Origin: an uncultured Alphaproteobacteria bacterium
Lineage (GTDB): Bacteria; Pseudomonadota; Alphaproteobacteria; Rs-D84; CACZYB01
Reading direction: 5' to 3'
Length of the DNA: 32,000 nt
Assembly: GCA_934246625.1 (NCBI GenBank)
Contig: CAKQHZ010000002.1
Coordinates: 150,001 to 182,000, forward strand
The notes beneath the pieces were generated by a model that had not been told where the DNA came from, did no database searches, and was given only the letters and a program-made list of their open reading frames with translations. This document shows positions 1-9,244 of this stretch, piece after piece. The position numbers and the translations under genes were made by a program. Within the stretch, counting starts at the first letter, position 1. Each line of letters starts with the position of its first letter.

Positions 1-392
1 GTTTACTTGTGGATCAATTAGATGTGTCAAATAATTTTAAAATGACTGCAACAGAAGTGATGGAAAGAATAAATCAAATATCTCGTGTGTTGGGGGCAAC
101 CTATGGCAGACTTCAATCTGAATTTTTGACACCTGTGGTTATTCGTGCAATTTCTATTTTAAAAAGACGTGGTGAAATTTCAGATATACTTGTTAATGGA
201 TATGAAGTTGATTTGAAATATCAATCTCCACTTGCTCAAAATCAAATTGTTCGTGATGCAGAAAATATTTTGAATTGGATAAAAACTTTGTCAGAAGTGT
301 GTGGTGATGCAACAAGTGTTATTGATAAAAAAGCGGTTGCGTTATATTTGGGAAAAGTTTTTGGTATTTCAGAACGATTGATTTGTGCATAG
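1..392 (+). CDS. phage portal / head-to-tail connector protein, C-terminal part (5' end outside window)
   Basis: The frame is open from the left edge, with no stop before nt 9. 'MTATEVMERINQISRVLGATYGRLQSEFLTPVV' follows the xTAxE...LGxxYxRLxxExxxP pattern I associate with T7-type podovirus connector proteins. Stop TAG at 390-392. Confidence 0.55.
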   Translation, partial: LLVDQLDVSNNFKMTATEVMERINQISRVLGATYGRLQSEFLTPVVIRAISILKRRGEISDILVNGYEVDLKYQSPLAQNQIVRDAENILNWIKTLSEVCGDATSVIDKKAVALYLGKVFGISERLICA

Positions 393-402
393 TGAGGATA
401 TT

Positions 403-1281
403 ATGGAGGAAGATTTTAGCTTGCCTTTTTTGGCTGGGTTTGATGTCCTTAAAATTCCAGTTATTGAAAATGGGATTCCTGTATGGCCTGAAAAATTCCC
501 GATTGAAAAAATTGAGGAATTAAAGGTTCGGGTTGGAATGACAAAATTTTCTTCGCAAATGCTACTTAATCCTGTGCAATTAAATAAAGGGCGATTTGAT
601 ATAAACAAGTTAAAATTTTATAATTCTGATTTGTGTGTAGAGGAACATAATCACCTTTTGACCTTTACAATAAATGGTAAAAAAGTTGTCAGTTGTTCGT
701 GTTGGTGGGATCCTTCGTATGGTTCAATCGGTGGTGATGGAAGTGTTATATCTGTTGTCTTTATTGATGTGGAAGGGCATTACTATCTTCATGACATAAA
801 ATATCTTTATCATTCGGATAAGAAAAAGGAAGAAATTCAATCGGCATTGGAACAATGTCAGCAGGTTGGTGAGTTTGTTAAGGCAAACTATATACCTTCG
901 GTTTATGTTGAAACGAATGGTATTGGTAAATTTTTACCAGAGTTTTTAAGAAATGAGTTTTTGAAAATGGGAATTTCCGCTGGGGTTGTTGAAAAGGTTT
1001 CTAGGGTTTCAAAAAATCTTAGGATTTTAGATGCTTTTGATGTGATTACTTCGGCAGGATATTTATATGTTAATGAAAAGGTGAAAAATACCCCTTGGGT
1101 TGCGGAATTTTGTGATTGGGGTGTTGATTCAAAAGCTCATGATGATGGACTTGATAGTGTGGCTGGTGCAATTTCGTCTGTGCCAGCCAAGTTGCCTATT
1201 TCTGTGTTGGCAAAACAAAGAAAAGTAAGTTTTGCAGGGAAAACGTATAGGGTAAAGACAAATTTTGATATAGACTTTTGA
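403..1281 (+). CDS. phage terminase large-subunit fragment: RNase H-like nuclease domain only, ATPase domain absent
   Basis: 'CWWDPSYGSIGGDGSVISVV', 'VYVETNGIG' and 'KAHDDGLDSVAGAI' resemble the three acidic-residue motifs of TerL nuclease domains. No Walker A/B is present anywhere in the ORF. A GAGGA SD lies 5 nt before ATG 403; the ORF-track GTG at 385 overlaps the portal stop. Confidence 0.6.
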   Translation: MEEDFSLPFLAGFDVLKIPVIENGIPVWPEKFPIEKIEELKVRVGMTKFSSQMLLNPVQLNKGRFDINKLKFYNSDLCVEEHNHLLTFTINGKKVVSCSCWWDPSYGSIGGDGSVISVVFIDVEGHYYLHDIKYLYHSDKKKEEIQSALEQCQQVGEFVKANYIPSVYVETNGIGKFLPEFLRNEFLKMGISAGVVEKVSRVSKNLRILDAFDVITSAGYLYVNEKVKNTPWVAEFCDWGVDSKAHDDGLDSVAGAISSVPAKLPISVLAKQRKVSFAGKTYRVKTNFDIDF

Positions 1282-1300
1282 TTTTTTAGACAAATTATTA

Positions 1301-1329
1301 TTGACAAATAATGTTTTTAAGTTTATATT
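1301..1329 (+). promoter_or_regulatory. sigma70-like promoter TTGACA-17-TATATT
   Basis: Perfect -35 at 1301-1306, a 17-nt spacer and TATATT at 1324-1329, about 30 nt upstream of ATG 1359. Confidence 0.5.
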
Positions 1330-1358
1330 TAAGCTATATTTAATAAAGAGGTCAAAAT

Positions 1359-2000
1359 ATGGATATAAAGAAAAAAAGATATTATATTGTTTTTACTGGA
1401 TTATTTCTTATAATTCTAGGTATGCTTATTTATGCTTTGCGACCTGTGAAAAAAGTTAAAAAAGAATCTAATGTGTTGACAAAAGTGTCGGCAGTAAAGA
1501 CTGTAAAGGTAGTAAAGGCTGAAAAAGCAAAGGGATTGCCTCTTAATTTTGTTTATGATGTGCCAAGTGATTATAAAAGAACTATACCTCATTATGTTGG
1601 TATGAAACGACATATTGAAGATATGGATAATATGCAAATTGTTTGTAATGGTAAAAATTGTAAAAGACAGGTTCTTACAACTTCAAAGGTAAAAGTTTAT
1701 CATACCAAAAAAGCAAAGAAAACTTTGAGTGTTGTAAATGGAAATGTTGTTTTTTCAAAAAATAATTTAAAATATCTTAAAAGTGATGTGAAAATTATTG
1801 GTGATTTGTATATTAAGGATATAAATTTCCTTAAAATTCCTGATAATTTTATTGTGCTTGGTAATATTTACCTTATCAATTCAGAAGGTTTGACTTTTAT
1901 GGGTAAAACATATATTGATGGTCATATTTTTGTTAAGGGTAAAAGTAGTGTTAGGGCTTTGCCTTATAATGTGAAATTAACAGGACAGATTTTTATTTAA
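1359..2000 (+). CDS. hypothetical N-terminally membrane-anchored protein
   Basis: AGAGG SD before the ATG. One hydrophobic helix (YYIVFTGLFLIILGMLIYAL). The C-terminal part has short repetitive strand-like segments (GDLYIKD..VLGNIYLIN..IDGHIFVKG). No family recognised. Confidence 0.6.
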   Translation: MDIKKKRYYIVFTGLFLIILGMLIYALRPVKKVKKESNVLTKVSAVKTVKVVKAEKAKGLPLNFVYDVPSDYKRTIPHYVGMKRHIEDMDNMQIVCNGKNCKRQVLTTSKVKVYHTKKAKKTLSVVNGNVVFSKNNLKYLKSDVKIIGDLYIKDINFLKIPDNFIVLGNIYLINSEGLTFMGKTYIDGHIFVKGKSSVRALPYNVKLTGQIFI

Positions 2001-2024
2001 GTTTTTAAAATAAATTTTATTATA

Positions 2025-2051
2025 GGGAGTTTTTTTAAACTCCCTTTTTTT
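2025..2051 (+). terminator. rho-independent terminator
   Basis: GGGAGTTT / AAACTCCC hairpin followed by a T7 run. Confidence 0.7.
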
Positions 2052-2064
2052 ATTGGAGGAATAT

Positions 2065-2304
2065 ATGGAAGACAGTTTGAAAATTTTGTTAAAAGATAGC
2101 AAAGAAGATTTTTCAAATATTGAAATTGATTTTTTGCGAACTTTTAATTCACTATCAGGGAAAAAAGTTTTGAAGTATTTGGTTGCCTTAACATTAGGGC
2201 GATATTTACCTTCGAATTCGTCAAATGAAGAACTTCGTTATTTGGAGGGTGAACGTTTTATTGTATCATTTATTATCAATATGATAAAGAAAGCAAGACA
2301 ATGA
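2065..2304 (+). CDS. small phage-associated protein (possibly Bbp19-like), function unknown
   Basis: GGAGGA SD before ATG 2065; the ORF-track TTG at 2053 lies inside the SD. 'TFNSLSGKKVLKYL...LRYLEGERFIV' resembles small proteins I recall from BPP-1-type podophage clusters, but this is a weak recollection. Confidence 0.4.
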   Translation: MEDSLKILLKDSKEDFSNIEIDFLRTFNSLSGKKVLKYLVALTLGRYLPSNSSNEELRYLEGERFIVSFIINMIKKARQ

Positions 2305-2406
2305 AAGCATTTATACTTATTGCTATAATGTGTTTTCTTTGTTATTTATAAAATATATTTGTTTCAATTTTATATGTAATTTCTTTTTATTTTATAGGAG
2401 GAAATT

Positions 2407-2658
2407 ATGGTAAAATCTATTTATTCGGCGAATTACGACTTTATGATAAATTTGTTGATTGAAAACAGAAAAAGTATTGGGCTTACACAAACAGAGTTGG
2501 CAAAATTGCTTGATAAACCTCAATCATATATTTCAAAATATGAAAGCAAGGAAAGGAGAATTGATTTGTGTGAATTTCTTACTATTGTGAAGGCTATTAA
2601 CAATAAAGATGCCTTAAGTTTGATTTCAACTTTGCTTGATAATTGGGTTTTGGAATAA
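2407..2658 (+). CDS. XRE-family helix-turn-helix transcriptional regulator
   Basis: Canonical HTH_3 signature 'GLTQTELAKLLDKPQSYISKYESKERRIDLCEFLTIVKAI'. AGGAGG SD. Confidence 0.85.
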   Translation: MVKSIYSANYDFMINLLIENRKSIGLTQTELAKLLDKPQSYISKYESKERRIDLCEFLTIVKAINNKDALSLISTLLDNWVLE

Positions 2659-3474
2659 TTATTTTTTAAGGTTTTTAAGTGGAATGTTGATAGTGTTTAA
2701 TACTGTCAATAATTCATTTTTTGCAGCAATGTGTGAAAGTGAAATTTCATCTTTGCCAATTTCCATTAAGTCAAGAATTGTTAAGCCCTTTAAAAACATT
2801 TCGCGGTAGACAACTCGTTCGCCAATGCCTGAAATGTATGTAAAACCAATTTCTGTTTGAAGCAATTTTAATATTGCGTCAATTTCACGTTTGTTTTTTG
2901 CATCTATGTGTGAAATACGATTTCTTAAAACTATCCAACGAAGGTCTTGTTTGCCAAGTTCCTTTCTTTTCTTTTGTATATCACGAATATTGTTTGTGTA
3001 TTGGGATTCTGATATAATCTTTTTTGTGTATGGGTCAATGTTTGCAATAACATCTATATCAACAAGGCTGTCATTTACAGGAGTTATCAAAATGTCTGCA
3101 TTTTTGTGTCCTGCATTTGAAAGATGATTGAATGTTCCTGGTGTATCAATAATGATTATATCGTATTCCTTTTTTAAATCTTGGATTTCTGCATCAAGTT
3201 GTTCTTCGTCCTCTGCAGAACTACGTTTGTTAGAAAATTGTGATGGAGTTACAACAAGATGTTCTGGCATAGGCAATTTTAGATGATTGTCATTTGCATA
3301 GCGAATACGATTTTCAATGTAATGAGTAAGTGTTCCTTGACGACCATCTAGGTCAATAGTTGCAACTTTGTATCCTGCATATAGATAAGCTATAGCAAGA
3401 TGGATTGAAAGTGTGGATTTTCCACTGCCACCTTTCTCATTACCAACGACAATGACATAAGAATTATTGCTCAT
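2659..3474 (-). CDS. mipZ: MipZ-type ParA-family ATPase (division-plane positioning)
   Basis: Collinear with my recollection of Caulobacter MipZ along the whole length: 'VIVVGNEKGGSGKSTLSIHL', 'IDLDGRQGT', 'IIIDTPG', 'WIVLRNR', 'ERVVYREMF..GLTILDL'. ATG 3474 has a GGAGAG SD; the ORF-track start 3501 adds 9 aa without an SD. Confidence 0.8.
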   Translation of the reverse strand: MSNNSYVIVVGNEKGGSGKSTLSIHLAIAYLYAGYKVATIDLDGRQGTLTHYIENRIRYANDNHLKLPMPEHLVVTPSQFSNKRSSAEDEEQLDAEIQDLKKEYDIIIIDTPGTFNHLSNAGHKNADILITPVNDSLVDIDVIANIDPYTKKIISESQYTNNIRDIQKKRKELGKQDLRWIVLRNRISHIDAKNKREIDAILKLLQTEIGFTYISGIGERVVYREMFLKGLTILDLMEIGKDEISLSHIAAKNELLTVLNTINIPLKNLKK

Positions 3475-3558
3475 TTTTTCTCTCCAGTCGCTATTATACA
3501 TTTTTTTTATGTTAAAATAAAGAGATTTGTTTAATGTTTTTATATTTTTTTATCAATT

Positions 3559-3635
3559 TGGAGCACCCAAGAGGATTTAAACCTCTGACCTTTGGTTCCG
3601 GAAACCAATGCTCTGTTCAACTGAGCTATGGGTGC
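3559..3635 (-). tRNA. tRNA-Arg (anticodon CCG), encoded CCA
   Basis: The reverse complement folds as a cloverleaf: GCACCCA/TGGGTGC acceptor, anticodon stem TTGGT/ACCAA, loop TTCCGGA, T arm AGAGG-TTTAAAT-CCTCT. Confidence 0.9.
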
Positions 3636-3646
3636 ATAAATTGAAA

Positions 3647-3907
3647 TTAAATCAATTTTGTAATTATATCTTCATCAGAGTCTATACAGATGGTTTTATC
3701 TCTGCTTGTTAATCCCTTTACAACTTCAATATTTGATTTTGCAATTTTTAATTTCTTTGAAAGAAATTTTATAAGTGCTTCGTTTGCCTTTCCATCAATG
3801 GGTGGCGTTGAAATTGCTATTTTTATCCTTTGTTCATCATACATTCCGCAAACTTCTTCGCGTTTTGCATTTGGTTGAAGATGTATGTAAATTAACCTTT
3901 TTGACAT
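3647..3907 (-). CDS. yggU: DUF167 / YggU-family protein
   Basis: 'IDGKANEALIKFLSKKLKIAKSNIEVVKGLTSRDKTI' is the characteristic YggU motif (DGKAN...G..SR.K). Confidence 0.8.
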   Translation of the reverse strand: MSKRLIYIHLQPNAKREEVCGMYDEQRIKIAISTPPIDGKANEALIKFLSKKLKIAKSNIEVVKGLTSRDKTICIDSDEDIITKLI

Positions 3908-4449
3908 ATTTCACTAAGGTGGTTTAAGATAATTTGTTTTGTTTGTTCTGGTGAAAGGTTTGAATTATCTATTTCCAATTTGTTTTTATTTTTTATTTCA
4001 ATCATATCATATTTGTAGACTTGTTTTGCAATGTCGGTATTTGTTAATTTCATTTTTTTTGCACGTTCTTCGTTCACAACTCGTGAAAGCAAAGTTTTTT
4101 CGTTTGGTTTAAGTATTACAGGAACATAAGTATGATTGATGTCCTTTGCAAATTTTGTTATAAGTTTATAAAATTCTTTATCATCTTTGGAATTTGTAAG
4201 AAAGTTTGTGAAAATAAGGTCATCTTTTATGTCAAGTTTTGTAAAATATTCAAATGCAACTTCGTATAATTTATTTATGTATTTGTCCTTGAATGCAGGA
4301 AGGGTTGTTGACAAGTCAGTTAAACAGAAAAGGACATTGTTTATTGTGTGATTATCAAAAATTTTGAAATTTCCGTCCTTTGCAATTTCGTTTGCAATAG
4401 TTAATTTTCCAGCTGCAGGGTATCCAATAAGATGTGTTATAAATTTCAT
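3892..4449 (-). CDS. P-loop NTPase / AAA_33-like kinase-fold protein
   Basis: N-terminal 'LIGYPAAGKLT' is Walker-A-like, with GKL instead of GK[ST]. It overlaps the downstream yggU-like gene by 16 nt, suggesting an operon. Confidence 0.55.
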   Translation of the reverse strand: MKFITHLIGYPAAGKLTIANEIAKDGNFKIFDNHTINNVLFCLTDLSTTLPAFKDKYINKLYEVAFEYFTKLDIKDDLIFTNFLTNSKDDKEFYKLITKFAKDINHTYVPVILKPNEKTLLSRVVNEERAKKMKLTNTDIAKQVYKYDMIEIKNKNKLEIDNSNLSPEQTKQIILNHLSEICQKG

Positions 4450-4460
4450 TTTTTAACCTT

Positions 4461-5204
4461 TCAATATTGAGCTTTTTCAAAATAAAGACCGCAAGCAGGG
4501 GCGGTTGGACCAGCAACTTTTCGGTCCTTTGCATTAAGTATTTTTATAAAATCTTCCTCTGTAAGTTTATGACGACCGACCATTTCAAGTGTGCCGACAA
4601 TATTTCTTACCTGATGATGAAGAAAGGATTTTGCATTTACCTTTATTTCTATTAAATCGTTATATCTTTCTACACTTATTTTGTCAAGTGTTTTGATAGG
4701 GGATTTCGCTTGACATTCAGAGGCACGAAACGATGAAAAATCGTGTTTGCCGACAAGGTTTTGTGCTACTTTGTCCATAAAATCAACGTCCAATGGGTGA
4801 TATACCCACCATACACGATTTTTTTCAATAATGGGGCGTGATGGACGATTTAGGATTTTGTAAATGTAATATCTTTTTTTGCATGAAAATCTTGCGTGGA
4901 AATCATCATCTACTTTTTCAACATTAAGTATGGTTATATCTTCGTTTGCAGATTGAAGATGAAAATTTGTTGCCATTAAAATTTTGTATGGGTCGTATTC
5001 CTTTGAAAGTTCTATGTGTGCGGACATTGCGATTGCGTGAACGCCAGCGTCTGTGCGGCCTGCAGAATAGCACTCTGTTTTTTCACCACAAAATTTGAAT
5101 ATGGCGGTTTCTATTGCCTGTTGTATAGATGGGCTGTCGTCTTGGATTTGCCAACCAGAATATTTTGTTCCGATATATTCTATTTCAAGTTTGTATTTTG
5201 CCAT
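4461..5204 (-). CDS. truA: tRNA pseudouridine(38-40) synthase TruA
   Basis: 'YIGTKYSGWQIQ', the catalytic 'GRTDAGVHA', and 'FLHHQVRNIVG'. Confidence 0.95.
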   Translation of the reverse strand: MAKYKLEIEYIGTKYSGWQIQDDSPSIQQAIETAIFKFCGEKTECYSAGRTDAGVHAIAMSAHIELSKEYDPYKILMATNFHLQSANEDITILNVEKVDDDFHARFSCKKRYYIYKILNRPSRPIIEKNRVWWVYHPLDVDFMDKVAQNLVGKHDFSSFRASECQAKSPIKTLDKISVERYNDLIEIKVNAKSFLHHQVRNIVGTLEMVGRHKLTEEDFIKILNAKDRKVAGPTAPACGLYFEKAQY

Positions 5205-6116
5205 TTATTTTAAAACTTCGCCTACTGTAAATTTATATCCGTTTGTAAAATCCTTTGTTGTAAGTGGTTTGCCACCAGATTTTTGAAGTTCTTCTATTTT
5301 AATAACTTCACCATTTTGGCATGCAATTTTTAAATCAGGAGTTAAGATTGTCCCCGCTGGTTTATCGGTAGTTTCGTTTTGAATAGTTGTTTTTAATACC
5401 TTTATTTGCATATCGTTGTGTATAAAAAATGCCTTTGGTGCAGGCATAAGTCCACGAACTAAATTATGAATAACTTGTGCTGGATTGTTCCAGTTTAGTT
5501 TTGCTTCTTCCTTTGTTAATTTAGGGGCAAGTGTGAATACTCCTTCTTGTTTTTGTGGAAGAATGCTATCCTTGTTTTCAATATAATCAAGTATCATTTC
5601 ACCACCAAGAATTGACATTTTTTCTTCTAATTCTCCATAAGTGATTTCATTTGTGATAGGGAGAACTTCTTTTAATAACATATCGCCTGTATCCATACCT
5701 GCGTCCATTTGCATAATGGTGATACCTGCAACTTTGTCGCCATTTAATATTGCACGTTGAATTGGGTTTGCACCACGAAGTTTTGGAAGAATTGATGCGT
5801 GAATATTTATGCAACCCATTGGAGGAATATCAAGAACGGATTGTGGTAAAATAATTCCGTATGCGGCAACAACAATCATATCAGGGTGAAGTTTTTTAAG
5901 TGTGTCAATATCCTCTTGATTTTTAAAATTTTTTGGTGTGAAAACAGAAATGTTATGTTCTTCGGCTGTGATGTGTATAGGTGATTTTGTTAAAATCATT
6001 TTGCGACCTTGAGGTTTTGGTGCCTTTGTATATACACCTATCACATTATATTTTTTTATTAGGTTTAATAATGCTGGAACTGCGAAATCAGGAGTTCCCA
6101 TAAAAACTATATTCAC
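5205..6116 (-). CDS. fmt: methionyl-tRNA formyltransferase
   Basis: 'IVFMGTPDFAVP', 'INIHASILPKLRGANPIQRAI', 'ITIMQMDAGMDTGD'. It abuts truA and lies downstream of def. Confidence 0.95.
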   Translation of the reverse strand: MNIVFMGTPDFAVPALLNLIKKYNVIGVYTKAPKPQGRKMILTKSPIHITAEEHNISVFTPKNFKNQEDIDTLKKLHPDMIVVAAYGIILPQSVLDIPPMGCINIHASILPKLRGANPIQRAILNGDKVAGITIMQMDAGMDTGDMLLKEVLPITNEITYGELEEKMSILGGEMILDYIENKDSILPQKQEGVFTLAPKLTKEEAKLNWNNPAQVIHNLVRGLMPAPKAFFIHNDMQIKVLKTTIQNETTDKPAGTILTPDLKIACQNGEVIKIEELQKSGGKPLTTKDFTNGYKFTVGEVLK

Positions 6117-6118
6117 TT

Positions 6119-6670
6119 TTATTTTCCAAATTTTATTTTTCTTAGTTTGTTTATTATAAGTTTCTTTTTTAATGAACTTAGGTAATCAATAAAAAGTTTT
6201 CCATTAAGGTGGTCAATTTCGTGTTCTATACAACGGGCAAGAAGTCCGTCTGCTTCCAATTCTATATTTTTGCCATTTTCATCTGTGTATGAAATTTTTA
6301 CAGATTTTGGTCTTTCAATTTCATAATAAATTGTTGGCACAGAAAGACAACCTTCTTCCTTTACACATAATTCCTTTGATACAGAAAGTATTTTTGGATT
6401 GATAAGTTTTAAATATCTTTTTGATGGAAGAGTTTGACCTTCTTCTTTTGCAATAGTTTCAGCATCAATTACAATTATTTTTTTAAGACAGCCAACCTGT
6501 GGTCCAGCAAGTCCAATTCCATCGAATTGTCCCATTATTTTAATCATATCATCAAATAAATCCAATAAATCATCAGTAATTTGGTCAACTGGAGTTGTTG
6601 GTTTTCGAAGAATTGGGTCTGGTTCAATACATAATGTAATCGGTTTTTTATTCTTTTTTAAGTCTTCCAT
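6119..6670 (-). CDS. def: peptide deformylase
   Basis: All three PDF motifs are present: 'GIGLAGPQVG', 'EGCLSVP', 'HEIDHLNG'. Confidence 0.95.
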   Translation of the reverse strand: MEDLKKNKKPITLCIEPDPILRKPTTPVDQITDDLLDLFDDMIKIMGQFDGIGLAGPQVGCLKKIIVIDAETIAKEEGQTLPSKRYLKLINPKILSVSKELCVKEEGCLSVPTIYYEIERPKSVKISYTDENGKNIELEADGLLARCIEHEIDHLNGKLFIDYLSSLKKKLIINKLRKIKFGK

Positions 6671-6728
6671 TTTATAAATCTTTCTGTTAATATATCTATA
6701 TTATTTAATATAAAGGGAATTTTGTAAA

Positions 6729-7910
6729 ATGACAATAGTTTTTATTATTTTAATTTCAGTATTTATCTCACTTTCCATTTATTTATTTTTGAAAAATCAA
6801 AAATTATCACAAAGGAATTTTGAACTTAAGATTTCTTTGGAACAGGAGGTCAAAAATAACGAAGCAAAAATTTCAGAAATGTTAAAAATCAAAGAACAAT
6901 TTTCAAGGGAATTTGAAAACATTTCCAATCGTGTGATTAAAATGCAAAAGGAGGATTTTGATAGAGAGCAAAGACAATCTTTGACAACTTTGCTTAATCC
7001 TTTTCAAACTCAGATAAAAGATTTTCGTGAACAAATTGAACGAACAAATCTTAAAAATGAAAATGATAAAGGTGTATTGAAGCGAGAGCTAGAAGAGCTT
7101 AAAAATATGAATACAACACTTTCAAAAAATGCTGATGATTTGGTAAATGCCCTTAAAGGTAATAGCAAAGTTCAAGGTGATTGGGGTGAACATCAACTTA
7201 AAACTATACTTGATATGTCAGGACTTAACGAAGGGATTGATTATCAAATGCAATTTAATACAAAGGGTGAAGTGGGACAAAATCTTCGCCCTGATTGTGT
7301 TATAAATCTTCCAAATGGGAAAAAGTTGATTGTGGATTCAAAGGTTTCTATTACAAACTATATTGATTTCGTAAAGGAGGAAAATGAAGAAAAGAAAAAG
7401 CAATATTTGAATCTTCATATATCTTCTATTAAAAAACATATTGCTGAACTTTCAAATAAGGAATATCAAAAATATCTTTCCGATATTGATTTTGTTTTTA
7501 TGTTTATTCCGAATGAACAGGCATATATAGAAGCATTAAAATGCGATAATAAAATTTATGATACTGCATATAAAGCAAATGTTGCGATTACAACACCATC
7601 TTCTATTTTACCGATACTTAGAACTGTGAAAAATTTGTGGAATATTGAAAATCAAAATAAAAATGCTTCGTTGATTGCGGAAAAGGCTGGAAAACTTTAT
7701 GATAAACTTGTCGGTTTTGTTGAAAATATGAAAAAGATTGATAAGAATTTGATAAATGCAAAAAGTGCATACGATGATGCCTTTAATCAACTTTCTGATG
7801 GAAGAGGATCTGCGTTATCGATTGCCGAGGATATGAAAGAAATGGGTGCAAAGACAACAAAGCAAATAAAAGTTGAAAATAAAAGTTTGCTTTTGGACGA
7901 AAATAAATAA
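6729..7910 (+). CDS. rmuC: DNA recombination protein RmuC
   Basis: An N-terminal TM helix, then coiled coil, then 'VQGDWGEHQLKTILDMSGLNEGIDYQ' and 'DSKVS...' nuclease-like core typical of RmuC. Confidence 0.9.
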   Translation: MTIVFIILISVFISLSIYLFLKNQKLSQRNFELKISLEQEVKNNEAKISEMLKIKEQFSREFENISNRVIKMQKEDFDREQRQSLTTLLNPFQTQIKDFREQIERTNLKNENDKGVLKRELEELKNMNTTLSKNADDLVNALKGNSKVQGDWGEHQLKTILDMSGLNEGIDYQMQFNTKGEVGQNLRPDCVINLPNGKKLIVDSKVSITNYIDFVKEENEEKKKQYLNLHISSIKKHIAELSNKEYQKYLSDIDFVFMFIPNEQAYIEALKCDNKIYDTAYKANVAITTPSSILPILRTVKNLWNIENQNKNASLIAEKAGKLYDKLVGFVENMKKIDKNLINAKSAYDDAFNQLSDGRGSALSIAEDMKEMGAKTTKQIKVENKSLLLDENK

Positions 7911-7962
7911 TTGCACCAGATTGGCTTTTGTGTTATTATGTAAAAGTTATTAGGAGATAAAT

Positions 7963-8622
7963 ATGTTTAAAAAATTTTTAATTTTGTTTTTTGTGATTGG
8001 GTTTGGTTTTGTCTTTGATGCTTTTTCACAAACAAGGACTAGAGCCCATTATGGACGTGGAAATGGTTTTACTTTTTCTCAAGATGCAAAGGAGCGAATT
8101 AGACTTGGTTGTCCAAATGTTTTAAGACGTGCAAATCAATTTTCAAAGGATATGAAAACAAAGGGTGCATCAAATATTGAATCTGAAATCATTTATATGT
8201 GTTCAGTTAATTCTATTGAACTTGAAAAGGGGGATTTGGGTCCATGGAAAAAATTTGTTCATGCCCTTGAAAAGGTATTTAAGCAATTCAGAAATCTTAT
8301 TTATCTTGCCGCTATATTTATGCTTCTTTGGATTATCGTAAAGGCTATGTATGAAGGTGATATGAAGTGGATGCATATTGGTATGATGGTTTTGGGTATT
8401 ACTATGCTTTCGTTTGCAGAGGTGTTTTTGGATATTGCAACCAATAGAGTTACCATAGATGATATTCGAAATAGTGAAATTTATGTTGATTGTCGTGAAC
8501 CTGATAGAGGTCTTTATATTTGTTCTGTGGATACAGATGGTGCGGTTGATAAAGAATCTGTGTATTTATATGATGTGAATCACAAGGCAACTAAAACCAA
8601 AGTCTTTAAAGGACTTTATTAG
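7963..8622 (+). CDS. hypothetical secreted/membrane protein (signal peptide plus two TM helices, several Cys)
   Basis: AGGAGA SD. Signal-like N-terminus 'FLILFFVIGFGFVFDAFSQ'. Two adjacent hydrophobic helices (LIYLAAIFMLLWIIV; IGMMVLGITMLSFAEVFL). No family recognised. Confidence 0.6.
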   Translation: MFKKFLILFFVIGFGFVFDAFSQTRTRAHYGRGNGFTFSQDAKERIRLGCPNVLRRANQFSKDMKTKGASNIESEIIYMCSVNSIELEKGDLGPWKKFVHALEKVFKQFRNLIYLAAIFMLLWIIVKAMYEGDMKWMHIGMMVLGITMLSFAEVFLDIATNRVTIDDIRNSEIYVDCREPDRGLYICSVDTDGAVDKESVYLYDVNHKATKTKVFKGLY

Positions 8623-8657
8623 ATTTTAGTAATATTTACATAAAATATATGACAAAT

Positions 8658-8690
8658 GGAGTTTTTTAGTTTAAAAACTCCGTTTTTTTT
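8658..8690 (+). terminator. rho-independent terminator
   Basis: GGAGTTTTT / AAAAACTCC hairpin followed by a T8 run. Confidence 0.7.
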
Positions 8691-8731
8691 GAAAAATTTG
8701 TGGTTTTTTATGAGAAAATAAAGATTTTTTA

Positions 8732-8761
8732 TTGACTTATTGTGTTTTTTATAAGTAGAAT
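8732..8761 (+). promoter_or_regulatory. sigma70-like promoter TTGACT-18-TAGAAT (HU gene)
   Basis: Hexamers at 8732-8737 and 8756-8761, about 60 nt upstream of ATG 8822. Confidence 0.45.
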
Positions 8762-8821
8762 CAGATTGTGTGTTGCAAAATACAATACATTAACTTTAAA
8801 GGTAAACAAAGGAGATAGATT

Positions 8822-9097
8822 ATGAATAAAAATGATTTAATCAATGCTATTGCAGATTCAACAGAACTTTCAAAAGTTAAAGTTGGTGAAGTTCTTGACA
8901 GCTTTGTTAATGTTATCACAAAAGCTTTGAAAAAAGGTGAAGAAGTTCGTCTTATAGGTTTTGGAACTTTTGCTGTTTCAAAAAGAAAAGCAACAAAAGG
9001 TCATAACCCAAGAACTGGTGAAGAAATTAAAATACCTGCTTCTAAACAACCTAAATTTAAAGCTGGTAAAACTTTGAAAGAAGCTGTTAACAAATAA
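8822..9097 (+). CDS. hupB: HU-family nucleoid DNA-binding protein
   Basis: 'MNKNDLINAIA', 'GFGTFAVSKRKATKGHNPRTGEEIKIPASKQPKFKAGKTLKEAVN' is the canonical HU arm. GGAGA SD. Confidence 0.95.
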   Translation: MNKNDLINAIADSTELSKVKVGEVLDSFVNVITKALKKGEEVRLIGFGTFAVSKRKATKGHNPRTGEEIKIPASKQPKFKAGKTLKEAVNK

Positions 9098-9116
9098 GCT
9101 ATCTTTTTTAATTAAG

Positions 9117-9147
9117 TCCCCCGCCAATCGGTTGGGGGATTTTTTTA
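9117..9147 (+). terminator. rho-independent terminator
   Basis: GC-rich hairpin TCCCCCGCC...GGTTGGGGGA followed by a T7 run. Confidence 0.7.
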
Positions 9148-9168
9148 TTCTATTATTTATTTTTTTGT

Positions 9169-9197
9169 TTGATATTATTCTTAAAATGAGATATTAT
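9169..9197 (+). promoter_or_regulatory. sigma70-like promoter TTGATA-17-TATTAT for cassette 1
   Basis: Hexamers at 9169-9174 and 9192-9197, 35 nt upstream of the SD-served ATG at 9232. Confidence 0.45.
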
Positions 9198-9244
9198 ACA
9201 TATAAGTTTAACCAATGAGAAAGGAAAAAATATGTTAGACAAAT

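Noticed and set aside
7963-8622. The signal-peptide/two-TM protein could be a TrbC/VirB2-like pilin. Its layout is a signal peptide, then helix - short basic loop with Trp - helix.
   Set aside because: Only the topology is similar. The protein is much larger than VirB2, it has extra Cys-containing domains, and no other type IV secretion genes are nearby.
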